Assembly: GCA_002011125.2 (NCBI GenBank)
Contig: MTMF02000009.1
Span: 364,006 to 428,005, forward strand
DNA: 64,000 bases
From: Candidatus Hydrothermarchaeum profundi
GTDB lineage: Archaea > Hydrothermarchaeota > Hydrothermarchaeia > Hydrothermarchaeales > Hydrothermarchaeaceae
Direction: 5' to 3'
Shown: positions 17,097 through 27,093 of the stretch, in pieces
How the letters are laid out: the number at the start of each line of letters is the position of its first letter
Position numbering within the stretch: the stretch's first letter is position 1
Program-made: the position numbers and the translations under genes
The notes under the pieces: generated by a model
The model's input: only the letters and a program-made list of their open reading frames with translations
Databases searched by the model: none
What the model was told of the DNA's origin: nothing

Positions 17097-18782
17097 ATGT
17101 TTCCCATAGTAAAACACGAGCTAGAAGATATCCTTTTTAATAGGAGGTATATGGCTGGTTTTATAGTTCAGGTCCTGCTTCTTATCGCTCTTTTACCTAT
17201 ATTTAGTTCCCAGCTCGCTGAATCAAATCCGAGTCTGCTAACTCCGGATATTAAGGAGTTCATACCTGTTGGAGTACTGCAAGTATCTGATAAAAGCGAT
17301 ATTTTGATGCAGGAACTCCTTGAGGAAAAAAAGTTGGACATAACTATATATAAGGAGAATCCGATGGACAAGCTTCTAAATGGTGAGATAGCTGCCATTG
17401 TTGTAATACCAAGAGACTACGACGAGGATGCGATAAAGGAAATCCCGGTATGGCTAATAGTCTCCTCTTCAAATCCAAAGAGAGAATCAGTTTCAGATGT
17501 CTTGATAAACCTCTTTGACAGAGCATCCAAAAAAATCAGCGAAAAGAGAAAAGAAAAACTCGGGGTAGACTCCCAAGAGCCTATTATAATAAAAAGAGAG
17601 TTGCTGACACCCGTAGTAATAGAAAAAGATGGAAACAGATTCTCAAGTTTTTTTATAGGCTACCTTATACCAATAGCACTTTTTTTCCCGCTCTTCATGT
17701 CAGGCGGACTTATCGTAGATTCTGTCGTCGGAGAAAAAGAAAAAAAGACAATCGAGGCACTTCTCACCCTACCCATTAAAAGAGAAAAAATAATTCAAGG
17801 GAAGCTACTAGGGGTCTTTAGCTGGATTACCTTCCAGTGCTTCTTTTGGCTACTTATCCTGCGAATCTTTGGCATTCCCTTTGAAAACTTTTGGGGGATA
17901 CTTCTTTTATTGTCTCTCATAAATCTCTCAATCCTTTCTACCGCATTCGTAATAGCTACATATTCCTCCTCTGTAAAAGAGGCTAATATCTCCCTAATGT
18001 TGTTCTATGTACTTGCGTTCATATCAATAATCATTTCTCTAAGTTTAGAATTCTTCAACCCCAGGGGATTTTACGATTTTATTCCGTTTAATATAATCTC
18101 CTCACTGTCAGCCGGAGACCCTATAAGAATCATGCCAGTGGTCTTCACTATTATTACCCTCATAGGATACTCTATCGCAATGATGAGAGTTAACTCTGAA
18201 TTATTTAAGAGAGACGATGTTATCTTTGGTCCCGCTCCATCTATTCCTCAGTTAGCCGGATCATGCATCGATTATATCTTGCGTAGATTTGAAACCCGCC
18301 CTTATATCGGGAAATCTATTGTTTCAATTATTTCTGGGATTATTGCTCTGCCAATATCCCTGATAATACAAATATCCCTTGGTATTTCTATACTATACTT
18401 CTTAGGCTATTCTAGTTCTACCCTAGTAGTAATGATAGCGATATTCGCATTGCTGGAGGAAATACTCAAGCCAATGGCACTTTTTTATGCACGCATAGAA
18501 AGGAAAAGAGACCTAGCGATTTATGGTGGAATAGCAGGAATTAGCTTTTTCACAGCAGAAAGCCTTCTTATTCTAATATCATCGTCATTTTCAATGCCCT
18601 TATGGATGCTTTATAGGATTTTTACGCTCAGGATGAGCTCTACGCTTTTAATCCATATTATTTCTTCAAGCATGGTGGGCTACGGGATATATAAGGGGAA
18701 GAAAGAATTTGTCATCTATTTACTTTTAGCGACGTATATCCATGTAGCCTATAACCTAGTTGTATTGGGTGTTAGATTATGA
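17097..18782 (+). CDS. ABC-2/NatB-type permease fused to a PrsW-family intramembrane protease
   Basis: SVVGEKEKKTIEALL ABC-2 motif; C-terminal EEILKP, FFTAES, LIH and HVAYN PrsW motifs. Confidence 0.8.
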   Translation: MFPIVKHELEDILFNRRYMAGFIVQVLLLIALLPIFSSQLAESNPSLLTPDIKEFIPVGVLQVSDKSDILMQELLEEKKLDITIYKENPMDKLLNGEIAAIVVIPRDYDEDAIKEIPVWLIVSSSNPKRESVSDVLINLFDRASKKISEKRKEKLGVDSQEPIIIKRELLTPVVIEKDGNRFSSFFIGYLIPIALFFPLFMSGGLIVDSVVGEKEKKTIEALLTLPIKREKIIQGKLLGVFSWITFQCFFWLLILRIFGIPFENFWGILLLLSLINLSILSTAFVIATYSSSVKEANISLMLFYVLAFISIIISLSLEFFNPRGFYDFIPFNIISSLSAGDPIRIMPVVFTIITLIGYSIAMMRVNSELFKRDDVIFGPAPSIPQLAGSCIDYILRRFETRPYIGKSIVSIISGIIALPISLIIQISLGISILYFLGYSSSTLVVMIAIFALLEEILKPMALFYARIERKRDLAIYGGIAGISFFTAESLLILISSSFSMPLWMLYRIFTLRMSSTLLIHIISSSMVGYGIYKGKKEFVIYLLLATYIHVAYNLVVLGVRL

Positions 18783-19900
18783 AGATCGTCACTCTATTCA
18801 AGAAGGAATTCATGGACATAGTTACTGAGAAAGTCTATTTACTTGCATTTTTAGTGCAAATGATCATGGTTGTTGGTATAATTTATACCGCCTTATTATA
18901 CACTTCAATAAATAACCCTGCTTATACAGCTTCATCCGGACTCAAAACTCAGACTCCGAGGATAGGAGTTGTAGGACTCGACATGAAATTCGAAGGCTTG
19001 CGAGCATTTAAATTGGAATCAGCAGATACTAGCGCTATTAGAGATTTAAACCTAGTTGCACTTGTAATCGCTCCTGAAAACATGAATATAGCGCTTCAAA
19101 ATGGAGAGAACGTTGAAATCACCATAATATTAGATAATACAAACATACTATCTGGATATGCCGATGCAGTAATCACGAGACACCTTCAGAAGTTGTCCGA
19201 GAAGATTAAAAAAGAAAGGATTTCAAGGATAGGAGATGCAGAAGCGATTTTAAATCCAATATTTATTGAAAAAACCGTAGTTGGAGAGGAAAAAAAGATT
19301 TTTTTTGACTCCCCAAAATTTATAGAACTGATGTACGGCTTTTTAATGCCGTTTATACTTCTACTGCCCACTTTTCTATCTATGAATATGACTACCGACT
19401 CTATTGTAGGTGAAAAAGAAAAGAAAACCTACGAGATACTAATTTCCACTCCCTTAACAAAGAAGGAGATCATGTTGGGCAAGGTACTCCCCATATTGCT
19501 CATCTCAGATATTCAAGCATTAGTATGGATTTTTATCCTACAAGTTAAGAGTATAGTTGTTTTCAATATCCCTCTGATTATTCTTTTTCTCACATTACTC
19601 AATCTCTCTTTCATTGGAGTAGGAGTGATAATTTCTGCGTTTTCCGATACAAACAAAGATGCTGACATCGGAGTAACTCTCTCAATTATCCTATTCTCAC
19701 TTATCTTTTTCGCACCATTATCGCTAGGTAAGAATATTTACACGCTATCCCCCCTTGCCGTACTTTCAAAGCTTGCCTCAAATCCTGTTGTAAATATATA
19801 CAAAATTATTCCCATCTATTTTATCCTATTTTTAGGCAGTATAGCTATAATTTGCCTGGGAGGAAGACTACTAGAATGGAAGGAAAACCTCAGATTATAG
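18779..19900 (+). CDS. ABC-2/NatB-type permease
   Basis: SIVGEKEKKTYEIL...P..K motif; ATGA overlap with the preceding gene. Confidence 0.85.
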   Translation: MKIVTLFKKEFMDIVTEKVYLLAFLVQMIMVVGIIYTALLYTSINNPAYTASSGLKTQTPRIGVVGLDMKFEGLRAFKLESADTSAIRDLNLVALVIAPENMNIALQNGENVEITIILDNTNILSGYADAVITRHLQKLSEKIKKERISRIGDAEAILNPIFIEKTVVGEEKKIFFDSPKFIELMYGFLMPFILLLPTFLSMNMTTDSIVGEKEKKTYEILISTPLTKKEIMLGKVLPILLISDIQALVWIFILQVKSIVVFNIPLIILFLTLLNLSFIGVGVIISAFSDTNKDADIGVTLSIILFSLIFFAPLSLGKNIYTLSPLAVLSKLASNPVVNIYKIIPIYFILFLGSIAIICLGGRLLEWKENLRL

Positions 19901-19942
19901 CGAAACTTATTTATTTCTTTATTAATTAGAGGAAACTAAGAA

Positions 19943-20431
19943 ATGTTCGGCCAAGAAGAGTTTTCCGCGGCTCTCAAAGCTTATGAGAAAGAGACAAGTA
20001 TAAAAGGTAATGACGATTTTACATCCCTTAGAAATAATCATACTTTCTTCAAAGAAATCAGAGATAAAGAAGCTGTGAAAAAACAAGTAAACCTATTCAT
20101 AGAGCTTATATCAAATATGGACCATGATATTTATGCGAATCGCTACGTAGTCCAGACATTCCTCTTAGAATTCTGCAGGTATCTCGATAAGGACTTTCTT
20201 TTTAGTATTAAGGATCGTGAAAGCTTCTTTCAGATGAAAGAAACACTAAAGAAATTCACCGGCGAAATATACGAAAATCACAAAAAATTCACTCAAAACG
20301 TAGGACTCAATAGTCTGGAACACCTTCTAGAGGACTACGGCTCTCTTTTAAAATTCTCAGACCTAGACGAGAAAGAAGATACTACATCAAGCTCGTTAGG
20401 AGACTTTCTATCAGGAGGAAAGCTCTGGTAA
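19943..20431 (+). CDS. Hypothetical alpha-helical protein
   Basis: 162-aa ORF with a GAGG SD and normal composition; no recognised motif. Confidence 0.65.
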   Translation: MFGQEEFSAALKAYEKETSIKGNDDFTSLRNNHTFFKEIRDKEAVKKQVNLFIELISNMDHDIYANRYVVQTFLLEFCRYLDKDFLFSIKDRESFFQMKETLKKFTGEIYENHKKFTQNVGLNSLEHLLEDYGSLLKFSDLDEKEDTTSSSLGDFLSGGKLW

Positions 20432-20716
20432 TTATAAGAGGTTAAAAAGAAAGGTCCAAACAATAATCCAAACCATAAAGAAAATTAGAAACCCCTTAGC
20501 AATCCATTCTTTAATCTTAAAGTCTTCATCAGACAGATTGAATATTTTCATTGAAATTATCCGTAGAGGATAAGAGACAATTAATCCTATGATTAAAACG
20601 CTTAGAAAAGTGAGTTCCCTATTGATTATGAAAGGGGTAACAACTCCAAAAATTGCGCCAATACCAGCATGAATTAAACTTATTTTTCTTTCAACCTCTT
20701 TTTCCATAATCATCAT
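20432..20716 (-). CDS. Archaeal EMC6-like membrane protein (DUF5379)
   Basis: Three TM helices; C-terminal W..KG..IFFMVWIIVWTFLFN pattern. Confidence 0.7.
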   Translation of the reverse strand: MMIMEKEVERKISLIHAGIGAIFGVVTPFIINRELTFLSVLIIGLIVSYPLRIISMKIFNLSDEDFKIKEWIAKGFLIFFMVWIIVWTFLFNLL

Positions 20717-20877
20717 CCTAAAATTTTACCAGGCTATTGGTCATTTCCTCTGCCTTAATAAAGTTTTTCTCTATTATCCTTTAGCTAACCTTTGTTTTTT
20801 TATATAGAGTTTTACCAGTATAACATGTTGTAAAACTACCCCATACTTTCGGATGGAGTCTCCTTGAGGTGCTTAAG

Positions 20878-22860
20878 ATGAAAACTTCTCTTAATAGTCT
20901 GGATGTCTTAGCTATCGTAAAAGAACTTAAAAAAATACTCGCTGATAGCAGGATAAGCAAGATATTCCAGGTTACTCCAGATGAATTAAAAATCCAGCTT
21001 AATCTGCCTGAGATTGGAAAGAGTTATCTTGTAATAGAAGCCGGTAAAAGGGTACATCTCACAGAATATCCTAAACCCAGCCCTCAAACACCAAGCACAT
21101 TCACCATGACTCTTAGAAAACATATCGGCAACGGCATAATAAGAGAAGTCAAACAACTCGGATTCGATAGGATAATTGAATTCAAAATCGAAAGAGTAGG
21201 TGAGTATTATCTGATAGCCGAACTTTTTGGAAAAGGCAACGTAGTGCTCACAGAAAAAGACTATACTATCCTTGCTGTAATGAAGCCTGAAAAGTATAAG
21301 GACAGAGAACTGCTGATACACAGAGAATATAATCCCCCTCCACAGAAAATCAACCCATTTGATGTAACACCTGAAGAATTAGTAAAAATAGTAAGTGACT
21401 CAAAATCTGACGTAGTTAGAACTCTTGCTACCAAGCTGGGCTTAGGCGGCGTTATCTCTGAAGAAATATGTCTACTTTCGAGAGTAGATAAGAGAAAAGT
21501 AGAGATTGACTACGCCGAAGCTTCTGAAATCTTAAAGGCTATAAAACAGCTAAAGGATAACATAGAGGGGAAGGGATTTATTATCTTTGATAATAGTACT
21601 CCCCTGGATGTTGTGCCTTTAGAAATGGAATTTTACAGAGAAAAACGGCGGAAAGAATTTGAAAGCTTTAATAATGCTATAGACGAATATTTTACTAAAT
21701 ATGAAATAGAGAGAATAGAATCAGAGACAGAGCAAAAATATTTAGAAAAACTTGGAAAGCTTAAAGCAAGGCTTGAAGAACAAACTCAAACCCTTCAAAA
21801 ATATATAGAAACCGAAAAGAAACTTCGTAAAAAAGGGGACCTAATTTTCCAAAACTTTGGAGTGGTTGAAGACATACTTAAAACTATATCAGAAGCGAAG
21901 AAAAACTTCTCATGGAAAGAGATTGACAGAAGAATCAGAAATAGCCAAGGAAAAATCCTGGCCGCAGACCTTGTTAAAAAAATTCTGCCAAAAGAAGGCA
22001 GCGTAATTCTCCAGCTAAATGGAGAGGAGATAATTCTCGATATAAAAAAATCTGCCGGCGAAAATGCTAACGAGTACTATTCCCAAGCAAAGAAAGCAAA
22101 GAATAAAATTGCTGGAGCAAAAGAAGCAATTGAAAAGACCAAGGCTGAGATACAAAAGATAGAAGAACTGGGCGAAAAAGCAGTTTATATAGAAGAGGCA
22201 AAGCCAAGGAAAAAGACGAAACGTAAAAAGGAATGGTATGAGAAATTTAGGTGGTTCATCTCATCAGATGGTTTTCTTGTCCTCGGAGGCAGAGATGCCA
22301 CTTCCAACGAAATCCTTGTTAAAAAACATATGACAAACAGCGACATCTTTATTCATGCAGATATTCAGGGCGCTCCAGCTGTTATTATTAAAACAGAAGG
22401 GAAAGAAGTCCCAGAACAAACAATCAAAGAAGCTTTCGACTTTGCAGCATCTTACTCAAAAGCATGGAAACATGGGATTTTCGCTTTAGATGTATACTGG
22501 GTTACCCCAGAGCAAGTGAGCAAAACTGCAGAGCATGGCGAATATTTGGCTAAGGGAGCATTTATAATAAGGGGGAAGAAGAACTATGGTAGCGGTAAGG
22601 TTGAAGTCGCCATTGGAGTTAAGTTAGACGAGACACCAAAAGTAATTGGAGGCCCAAAACACTCGATAGAAAAGCGCGCAGATTACTATGTAACTATAGT
22701 ACCTGGAAAAATGAAGAGTAAAGAGATCGCAGAAAAAATTAAGAAACTGTGGCTCCAAATGGCGAGCGAAGAAGATAGAGAAAAAATACGTATTATAAAC
22801 ATAGAAGAGATACAGGAATTCCTCCCTGCAGGAGGAAGCGAGATTTCTACTAAAGTTTGA
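20878..22860 (+). CDS. rqcH: Ribosome rescue protein RqcH/Rqc2 (NFACT family)
   Basis: LRKHI, FDRI, ELFGKGN, NANEYY, WYEKFRWF..SDG.LVLGGRDA..NE and HADIQGAP motifs; SD GAGGTG before ATG 20878. Confidence 0.93.
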   Translation: MKTSLNSLDVLAIVKELKKILADSRISKIFQVTPDELKIQLNLPEIGKSYLVIEAGKRVHLTEYPKPSPQTPSTFTMTLRKHIGNGIIREVKQLGFDRIIEFKIERVGEYYLIAELFGKGNVVLTEKDYTILAVMKPEKYKDRELLIHREYNPPPQKINPFDVTPEELVKIVSDSKSDVVRTLATKLGLGGVISEEICLLSRVDKRKVEIDYAEASEILKAIKQLKDNIEGKGFIIFDNSTPLDVVPLEMEFYREKRRKEFESFNNAIDEYFTKYEIERIESETEQKYLEKLGKLKARLEEQTQTLQKYIETEKKLRKKGDLIFQNFGVVEDILKTISEAKKNFSWKEIDRRIRNSQGKILAADLVKKILPKEGSVILQLNGEEIILDIKKSAGENANEYYSQAKKAKNKIAGAKEAIEKTKAEIQKIEELGEKAVYIEEAKPRKKTKRKKEWYEKFRWFISSDGFLVLGGRDATSNEILVKKHMTNSDIFIHADIQGAPAVIIKTEGKEVPEQTIKEAFDFAASYSKAWKHGIFALDVYWVTPEQVSKTAEHGEYLAKGAFIIRGKKNYGSGKVEVAIGVKLDETPKVIGGPKHSIEKRADYYVTIVPGKMKSKEIAEKIKKLWLQMASEEDREKIRIINIEEIQEFLPAGGSEISTKV

Positions 22861-22865
22861 GGATA

Positions 22866-23957
22866 CTACTTGCGCTTCTTGAATTCCTTATACATTTTTT
22901 CAAGGTCCTCAGGTATCTTCTGAAAGTCGGTTTTCGCTTCAAGCATCTTCTCATATTTCTTGATAAACAAAGGGATGTCTATTCTTTCCTCAAGCGACAT
23001 GTCGCTTAGAAGCCTCTCGATAAGCTCGCTTTTTCTACCACTAACACGCAAGCCCCGCTTTCTAAGTATCTCCTTAAGCACAGGAACCTTTTTTCTTTTG
23101 AGGTCCTCTTCCATGTGAGAAACTATTTTTCGCAATTCTTCAACTCTCTCTCGGAACTCATGTTCAATCATTTTTTTAGGCTCTATCTCCAGAAGATTCT
23201 TAGTAAGGACCCTTCTAATTTGATTGACTGTTTTTTCTCCTATGCCTTCTACTGGAAACTTCTTCGGACTATACTCGAGAAATGCGTTAAATACCCTCAT
23301 AGGAGTCCCAAACTCCTTTAATAAGCTTTCAGCCCTCTTTGTACTTATTCCAGTTAACCCGGAAATTAAGAACAATTGCCTATCGAAATCTGTAAAGACC
23401 TTCTTTTTCTGTCTAATAGACAGATATTCACGTTTTTCTCCCCTAGTTGCCCAAAAATGTAATGTATCTGCCGTATCATAAGCGCTGCCTGTAAAGATTA
23501 CCTTTATCCCCATATCCTGAATCTTTTCGAAAATAGATATAAGCGCGTGAGGATGTACGAAATATTGAGTGCTCCACATAGTTCGAGGCTGGCTTCTCGT
23601 ACTTGCATTAGGGTTTAATGCTCTTCCAAGACTATCTACGGCATAGCATCTGCCATTTTTAGTGCTAGTAAATATAGCACCTTCTACGAGTATCCTTGCA
23701 TCTTCATACTCTGTTAGATTCTCGATCTGCTCGAACAAGCGGCCATCTTTAATGCTAGTTAAGAAGTCGCCAGCCCGCTTCCTTTCGACTGCCATTGTGC
23801 CCTTTTCTGTTTCTACGAGATAATCAGCGATTTCAAGTTGCCTTTTTACTAGCACTATATCATCGAATTCCTTGAGGTATCTAACAACAAAGGTCTTTGC
23901 CTCGTGCAAATCATAGATTATTACTGGTTTGTCGCTAATGAAATCATCTATGAGCAT
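22866..23957 (-). CDS. ERCC4/XPF-family structure-specific nuclease with HhH and C-terminal SAP domain
   Basis: ADY..., VERKRAGDF..SIKDGRLFEQ, HhH motifs (GLTGISTKRA, EGIGEKT) and SAP-like KVPVLKEILRKRGLRVSGRKSELIERL. Confidence 0.85.
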   Translation of the reverse strand: MLIDDFISDKPVIIYDLHEAKTFVVRYLKEFDDIVLVKRQLEIADYLVETEKGTMAVERKRAGDFLTSIKDGRLFEQIENLTEYEDARILVEGAIFTSTKNGRCYAVDSLGRALNPNASTRSQPRTMWSTQYFVHPHALISIFEKIQDMGIKVIFTGSAYDTADTLHFWATRGEKREYLSIRQKKKVFTDFDRQLFLISGLTGISTKRAESLLKEFGTPMRVFNAFLEYSPKKFPVEGIGEKTVNQIRRVLTKNLLEIEPKKMIEHEFRERVEELRKIVSHMEEDLKRKKVPVLKEILRKRGLRVSGRKSELIERLLSDMSLEERIDIPLFIKKYEKMLEAKTDFQKIPEDLEKMYKEFKKRK

Positions 23958-24065
23958 AATCGAAATTCTACGTTAGCTTATAAAAATATACTTTGGAAAT
24001 TTGATAGCATTTATGTATTAGATAATTAAGAATGCAAATTGGTTTTATTCCAAGGGATGCCAGAT

Positions 24066-25130
24066 ATGCGGATTATATATTGTAATCTTAAAGAAGGCAA
24101 AGTTAAGATTAAGCCTGAAAATTTGGATGATCTCTGGTATTTAAAAAGCATTATAAGAGAAGGAGATTTAGTATCAGGCAAAAGTTACCGCAGAATAAAA
24201 GACGAAGAAAAACTTAGATCTGACAAGGGCGTCAGAGTTCCCGTGTACCTAACTATCCGAGCTGAAAATGTAGAATTTGCTAAATATATATCGCGCTTGC
24301 GGATAACAGGGAAAATAGTAGAGGGACCTGAAGATCTCGTATCTTTCGGCTCATATCACACCATCGAAGTTCAGCCAAACGAAGTATTAACGATTAGTAA
24401 GGATAGTTGGAACAACTGGGAGCTGGACAGACTAAAAGAAGCCGAGCAAGCGACCGCTGCCCCTATCGTTTTAATAGTTTGCATCGAGGAAGGGGAAGCA
24501 GAGATAGCACTTCTTAGGGGATATGGAGTCGACTTCCTAGCTCGTGTAACATCAAATGTTTCAGGAAAACTTGATATCGATGCTCATGAAGCTACTGCAA
24601 GCCAATTTTATAGCGAAGTTACCAAGAAGATTCTCGAAGTGATTAAAAAAGAGAAGATAGATTCCATAATAATATGCGGGCCAGGGTTCTCTAAGGATAA
24701 CATTTTAGGGTTCATAAAGGAAAAATATCCTGAAGTAGCCAATAAATGTACCATCGAGAGTACCGGTTCTGGAGGAAGAGTTGGAGTACAGGAGATATTA
24801 AAGAGAGGCGTAGTTGAGAAGATAGTTAAAGAGAATAGGGTTTCAAAAGAAGCTAGAGAAGTAGAAAGGATTTTCACAGAAATCGGGAGGGATTCTGGAT
24901 TAGCGGCCTATGGTATTAATGAAGTCAAGAAGGCATTAGACTACGGAGCAGTAGCCAAGCTCCTTATGAGCGATCTCTTTCTGAGAAGATGTAATGAAAC
25001 AGATGAGCTCATTGAAAAAGCAAAGAAAGCTCGGGGTGAGATTATAATAGTCTCTACGGAACATGACGCGGGGAACATGTTAGAAGGCATCGGTGGAATT
25101 GCGGCTTTACTTAGGTTCAAGGTGGGATAG
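24066..25130 (+). CDS. pelA: mRNA surveillance protein pelota
   Basis: ENLDDLWYL, GSYHT, GPGF, AAYG and GGIAALLRF motifs. ATG 24066 is preferred over TTG 24039. Confidence 0.95.
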   Translation: MRIIYCNLKEGKVKIKPENLDDLWYLKSIIREGDLVSGKSYRRIKDEEKLRSDKGVRVPVYLTIRAENVEFAKYISRLRITGKIVEGPEDLVSFGSYHTIEVQPNEVLTISKDSWNNWELDRLKEAEQATAAPIVLIVCIEEGEAEIALLRGYGVDFLARVTSNVSGKLDIDAHEATASQFYSEVTKKILEVIKKEKIDSIIICGPGFSKDNILGFIKEKYPEVANKCTIESTGSGGRVGVQEILKRGVVEKIVKENRVSKEAREVERIFTEIGRDSGLAAYGINEVKKALDYGAVAKLLMSDLFLRRCNETDELIEKAKKARGEIIIVSTEHDAGNMLEGIGGIAALLRFKVG

Positions 25131-25144
25131 AAATAGAACGGCAT

Positions 25145-25573
25145 ATGATTGAGCATTTTGCCTCTGGAGCTATGATCCTTGCATGGGTCTCCGTAGGGAT
25201 ATACGTTTACAAGAAGGTTCCACCCGGCATGTTTGCTTTCATGGTATCTGTGATTTTCGCAAGTAGCATTATAAATACAGCATTAAAGGCCCTAATAAAA
25301 AAAGAGCGTCCCGAAGGGCTAGAAAAACACAGCGCAAAATTTTATTTTGGGCCTCAAAAATATTCTTTCCCCAGCGGCCACGTGCAAGTAAGTTTTACTG
25401 CTCTCGCTTTGCTTGAGAAATTTTATCCACCCATTACTTCCGTGGGATTAGTGCTGGCTATTCTTACCTCAGGCGTACGATTTTTCTTAGGTAGACACAC
25501 AGTCTCGGATATTCTTGGAGGAGCGATCATAGGATACGCAATAGGCCGAATTTATATAAACTGGATGATTTAA
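25145..25573 (+). CDS. PAP2 family phosphatase
   Basis: K..IKKERP, SFPSGH and R...GRH...D motifs. Confidence 0.85.
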   Translation: MIEHFASGAMILAWVSVGIYVYKKVPPGMFAFMVSVIFASSIINTALKALIKKERPEGLEKHSAKFYFGPQKYSFPSGHVQVSFTALALLEKFYPPITSVGLVLAILTSGVRFFLGRHTVSDILGGAIIGYAIGRIYINWMI

Positions 25574-25627
25574 GCCATAAGCTTTATTTCGGAATACTCA
25601 TTAAATGTAGAAACGGAAAGGAATAAA

Positions 25628-27091
25628 ATGATTCGAAAAGGTAGATTAGGACAACGAATGGATTGGGACGCAGTTGTTTTTACATCGTCCCTGGACTTTG
25701 ATAGAGTTCTATTACGTTTTGACATCTTAGGTGACATAGCCCACGTCATAATGCTAAGTGAAGCTGGAATATTAGGTAGAGATGATGCTAAAAAAATATT
25801 GAAGGGATTAAAAACCTTACTTGCTGATTGCGATAATCTAGAGTTCGCCCATGAATTAGAAGACATCCATATGGCCCTCGAAGCAGAACTCATTAGGAGA
25901 ATAGGCGATGTTGGTGGAAAACTCCATACAGCTAGGTCTAGGAACGATCAGGTAGCTTGTGATCTCAGAATGTGGGTCAGAGAGGAAGTAAATACTATTT
26001 CTTATCTTTTAATTCGTTTAATTAAAACGCTATTGAAGCTTTCAAACTCACACCGTGAGACCATTATGCCCGGATATACGCACCTTCAGCATGCACAGCC
26101 AACGACCCTCGCCCACCACCTCCTCTCTTACTGTGATGCATATTTTAGGAATCTACAACGGTTAAGAGAATGCTATAAAAGGATAAACTTGAATCCCTTA
26201 GGAGCAGGCGCTTTATCTACGACAAGTTATCCTATAGACCGAAGAGTAACAACCCGACTCCTCGGATTTGATGGAATCATAGAAAATTCAATGGACGCTG
26301 TGAGTTCTAGAGATTTCCTGTTGGAAACGATGGCATCATTATCCCTGCTCGCTGTTGATATTTCAAGATTCGCAGAAGATCTTATCCTGTGGTCCACTTA
26401 CGAGTTTGGTTTCGTGGAGATATCTAATGAATTTGCCTCAACCTCAAGCATTATGCCTCAAAAAAAGAATCCTGACACTTTAGAGATAATAAGGGGAAAA
26501 ACTGGAAGAGTGATAGGTAATTTAACAGCATGTCTAGCTATATCTAAGTCCCTACCAAACTCCTATAACAGAGATCTACAAGAAATCTCTCCTCTCGCTT
26601 CAAACTCTATAGAGATTATTAAGGCTTCACTTACTCTTATGGAAAAAATCCTTGCGAGCCTAAAAGTAAATCAAGAGAAGATGGCTGCATCATGTAATGA
26701 GACTTTTATCACTGCTACTGAGCTAGCAGATTTTTTTGTAAAAAAGAAAGGTCTCCCATTTAGAACGGCGCATGAGATAGTTGGAAAAATAGTTTCTGAA
26801 GCAATGAAAGCAGGCCTGAAGCCGAGCGATGTGGATCTAAACTTCATCGAAAAAGTTTATGGTAAAAAACTTGGGATAACAGAGACAGAGGTAAAAAGGA
26901 TTTTATCCCCGATTGAAGCAGTAAAATCAAGAAAAACTCTAGGAAGTCCTTCACCCGAAGAAACATCCCGTATGATAAAGATGAGAGAAAGATGGATAGA
27001 CAGAGAAGAAGAGAACTTGAAACGGAGAATTAACAGACTTAGAAGCTGTGAAAAAACTTTGTTTAAGGAAGTTGAGAGACTGGTCGGATAA
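25628..27091 (+). CDS. argH: Argininosuccinate lyase
   Basis: HTARSRNDQ, PGYTHLQHAQP and SSIMPQKKNP motifs. Confidence 0.97.
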   Translation: MIRKGRLGQRMDWDAVVFTSSLDFDRVLLRFDILGDIAHVIMLSEAGILGRDDAKKILKGLKTLLADCDNLEFAHELEDIHMALEAELIRRIGDVGGKLHTARSRNDQVACDLRMWVREEVNTISYLLIRLIKTLLKLSNSHRETIMPGYTHLQHAQPTTLAHHLLSYCDAYFRNLQRLRECYKRINLNPLGAGALSTTSYPIDRRVTTRLLGFDGIIENSMDAVSSRDFLLETMASLSLLAVDISRFAEDLILWSTYEFGFVEISNEFASTSSIMPQKKNPDTLEIIRGKTGRVIGNLTACLAISKSLPNSYNRDLQEISPLASNSIEIIKASLTLMEKILASLKVNQEKMAASCNETFITATELADFFVKKKGLPFRTAHEIVGKIVSEAMKAGLKPSDVDLNFIEKVYGKKLGITETEVKRILSPIEAVKSRKTLGSPSPEETSRMIKMRERWIDREEENLKRRINRLRSCEKTLFKEVERLVG

Positions 27092-27093
27092 AA

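Noticed and set aside
22866-23957. Hef helicase-nuclease or a truncated pseudogene of it
   Set aside because: There is no helicase remnant upstream (only ~110 bp to pelota), and the ORF is intact with its own C-terminal domain.
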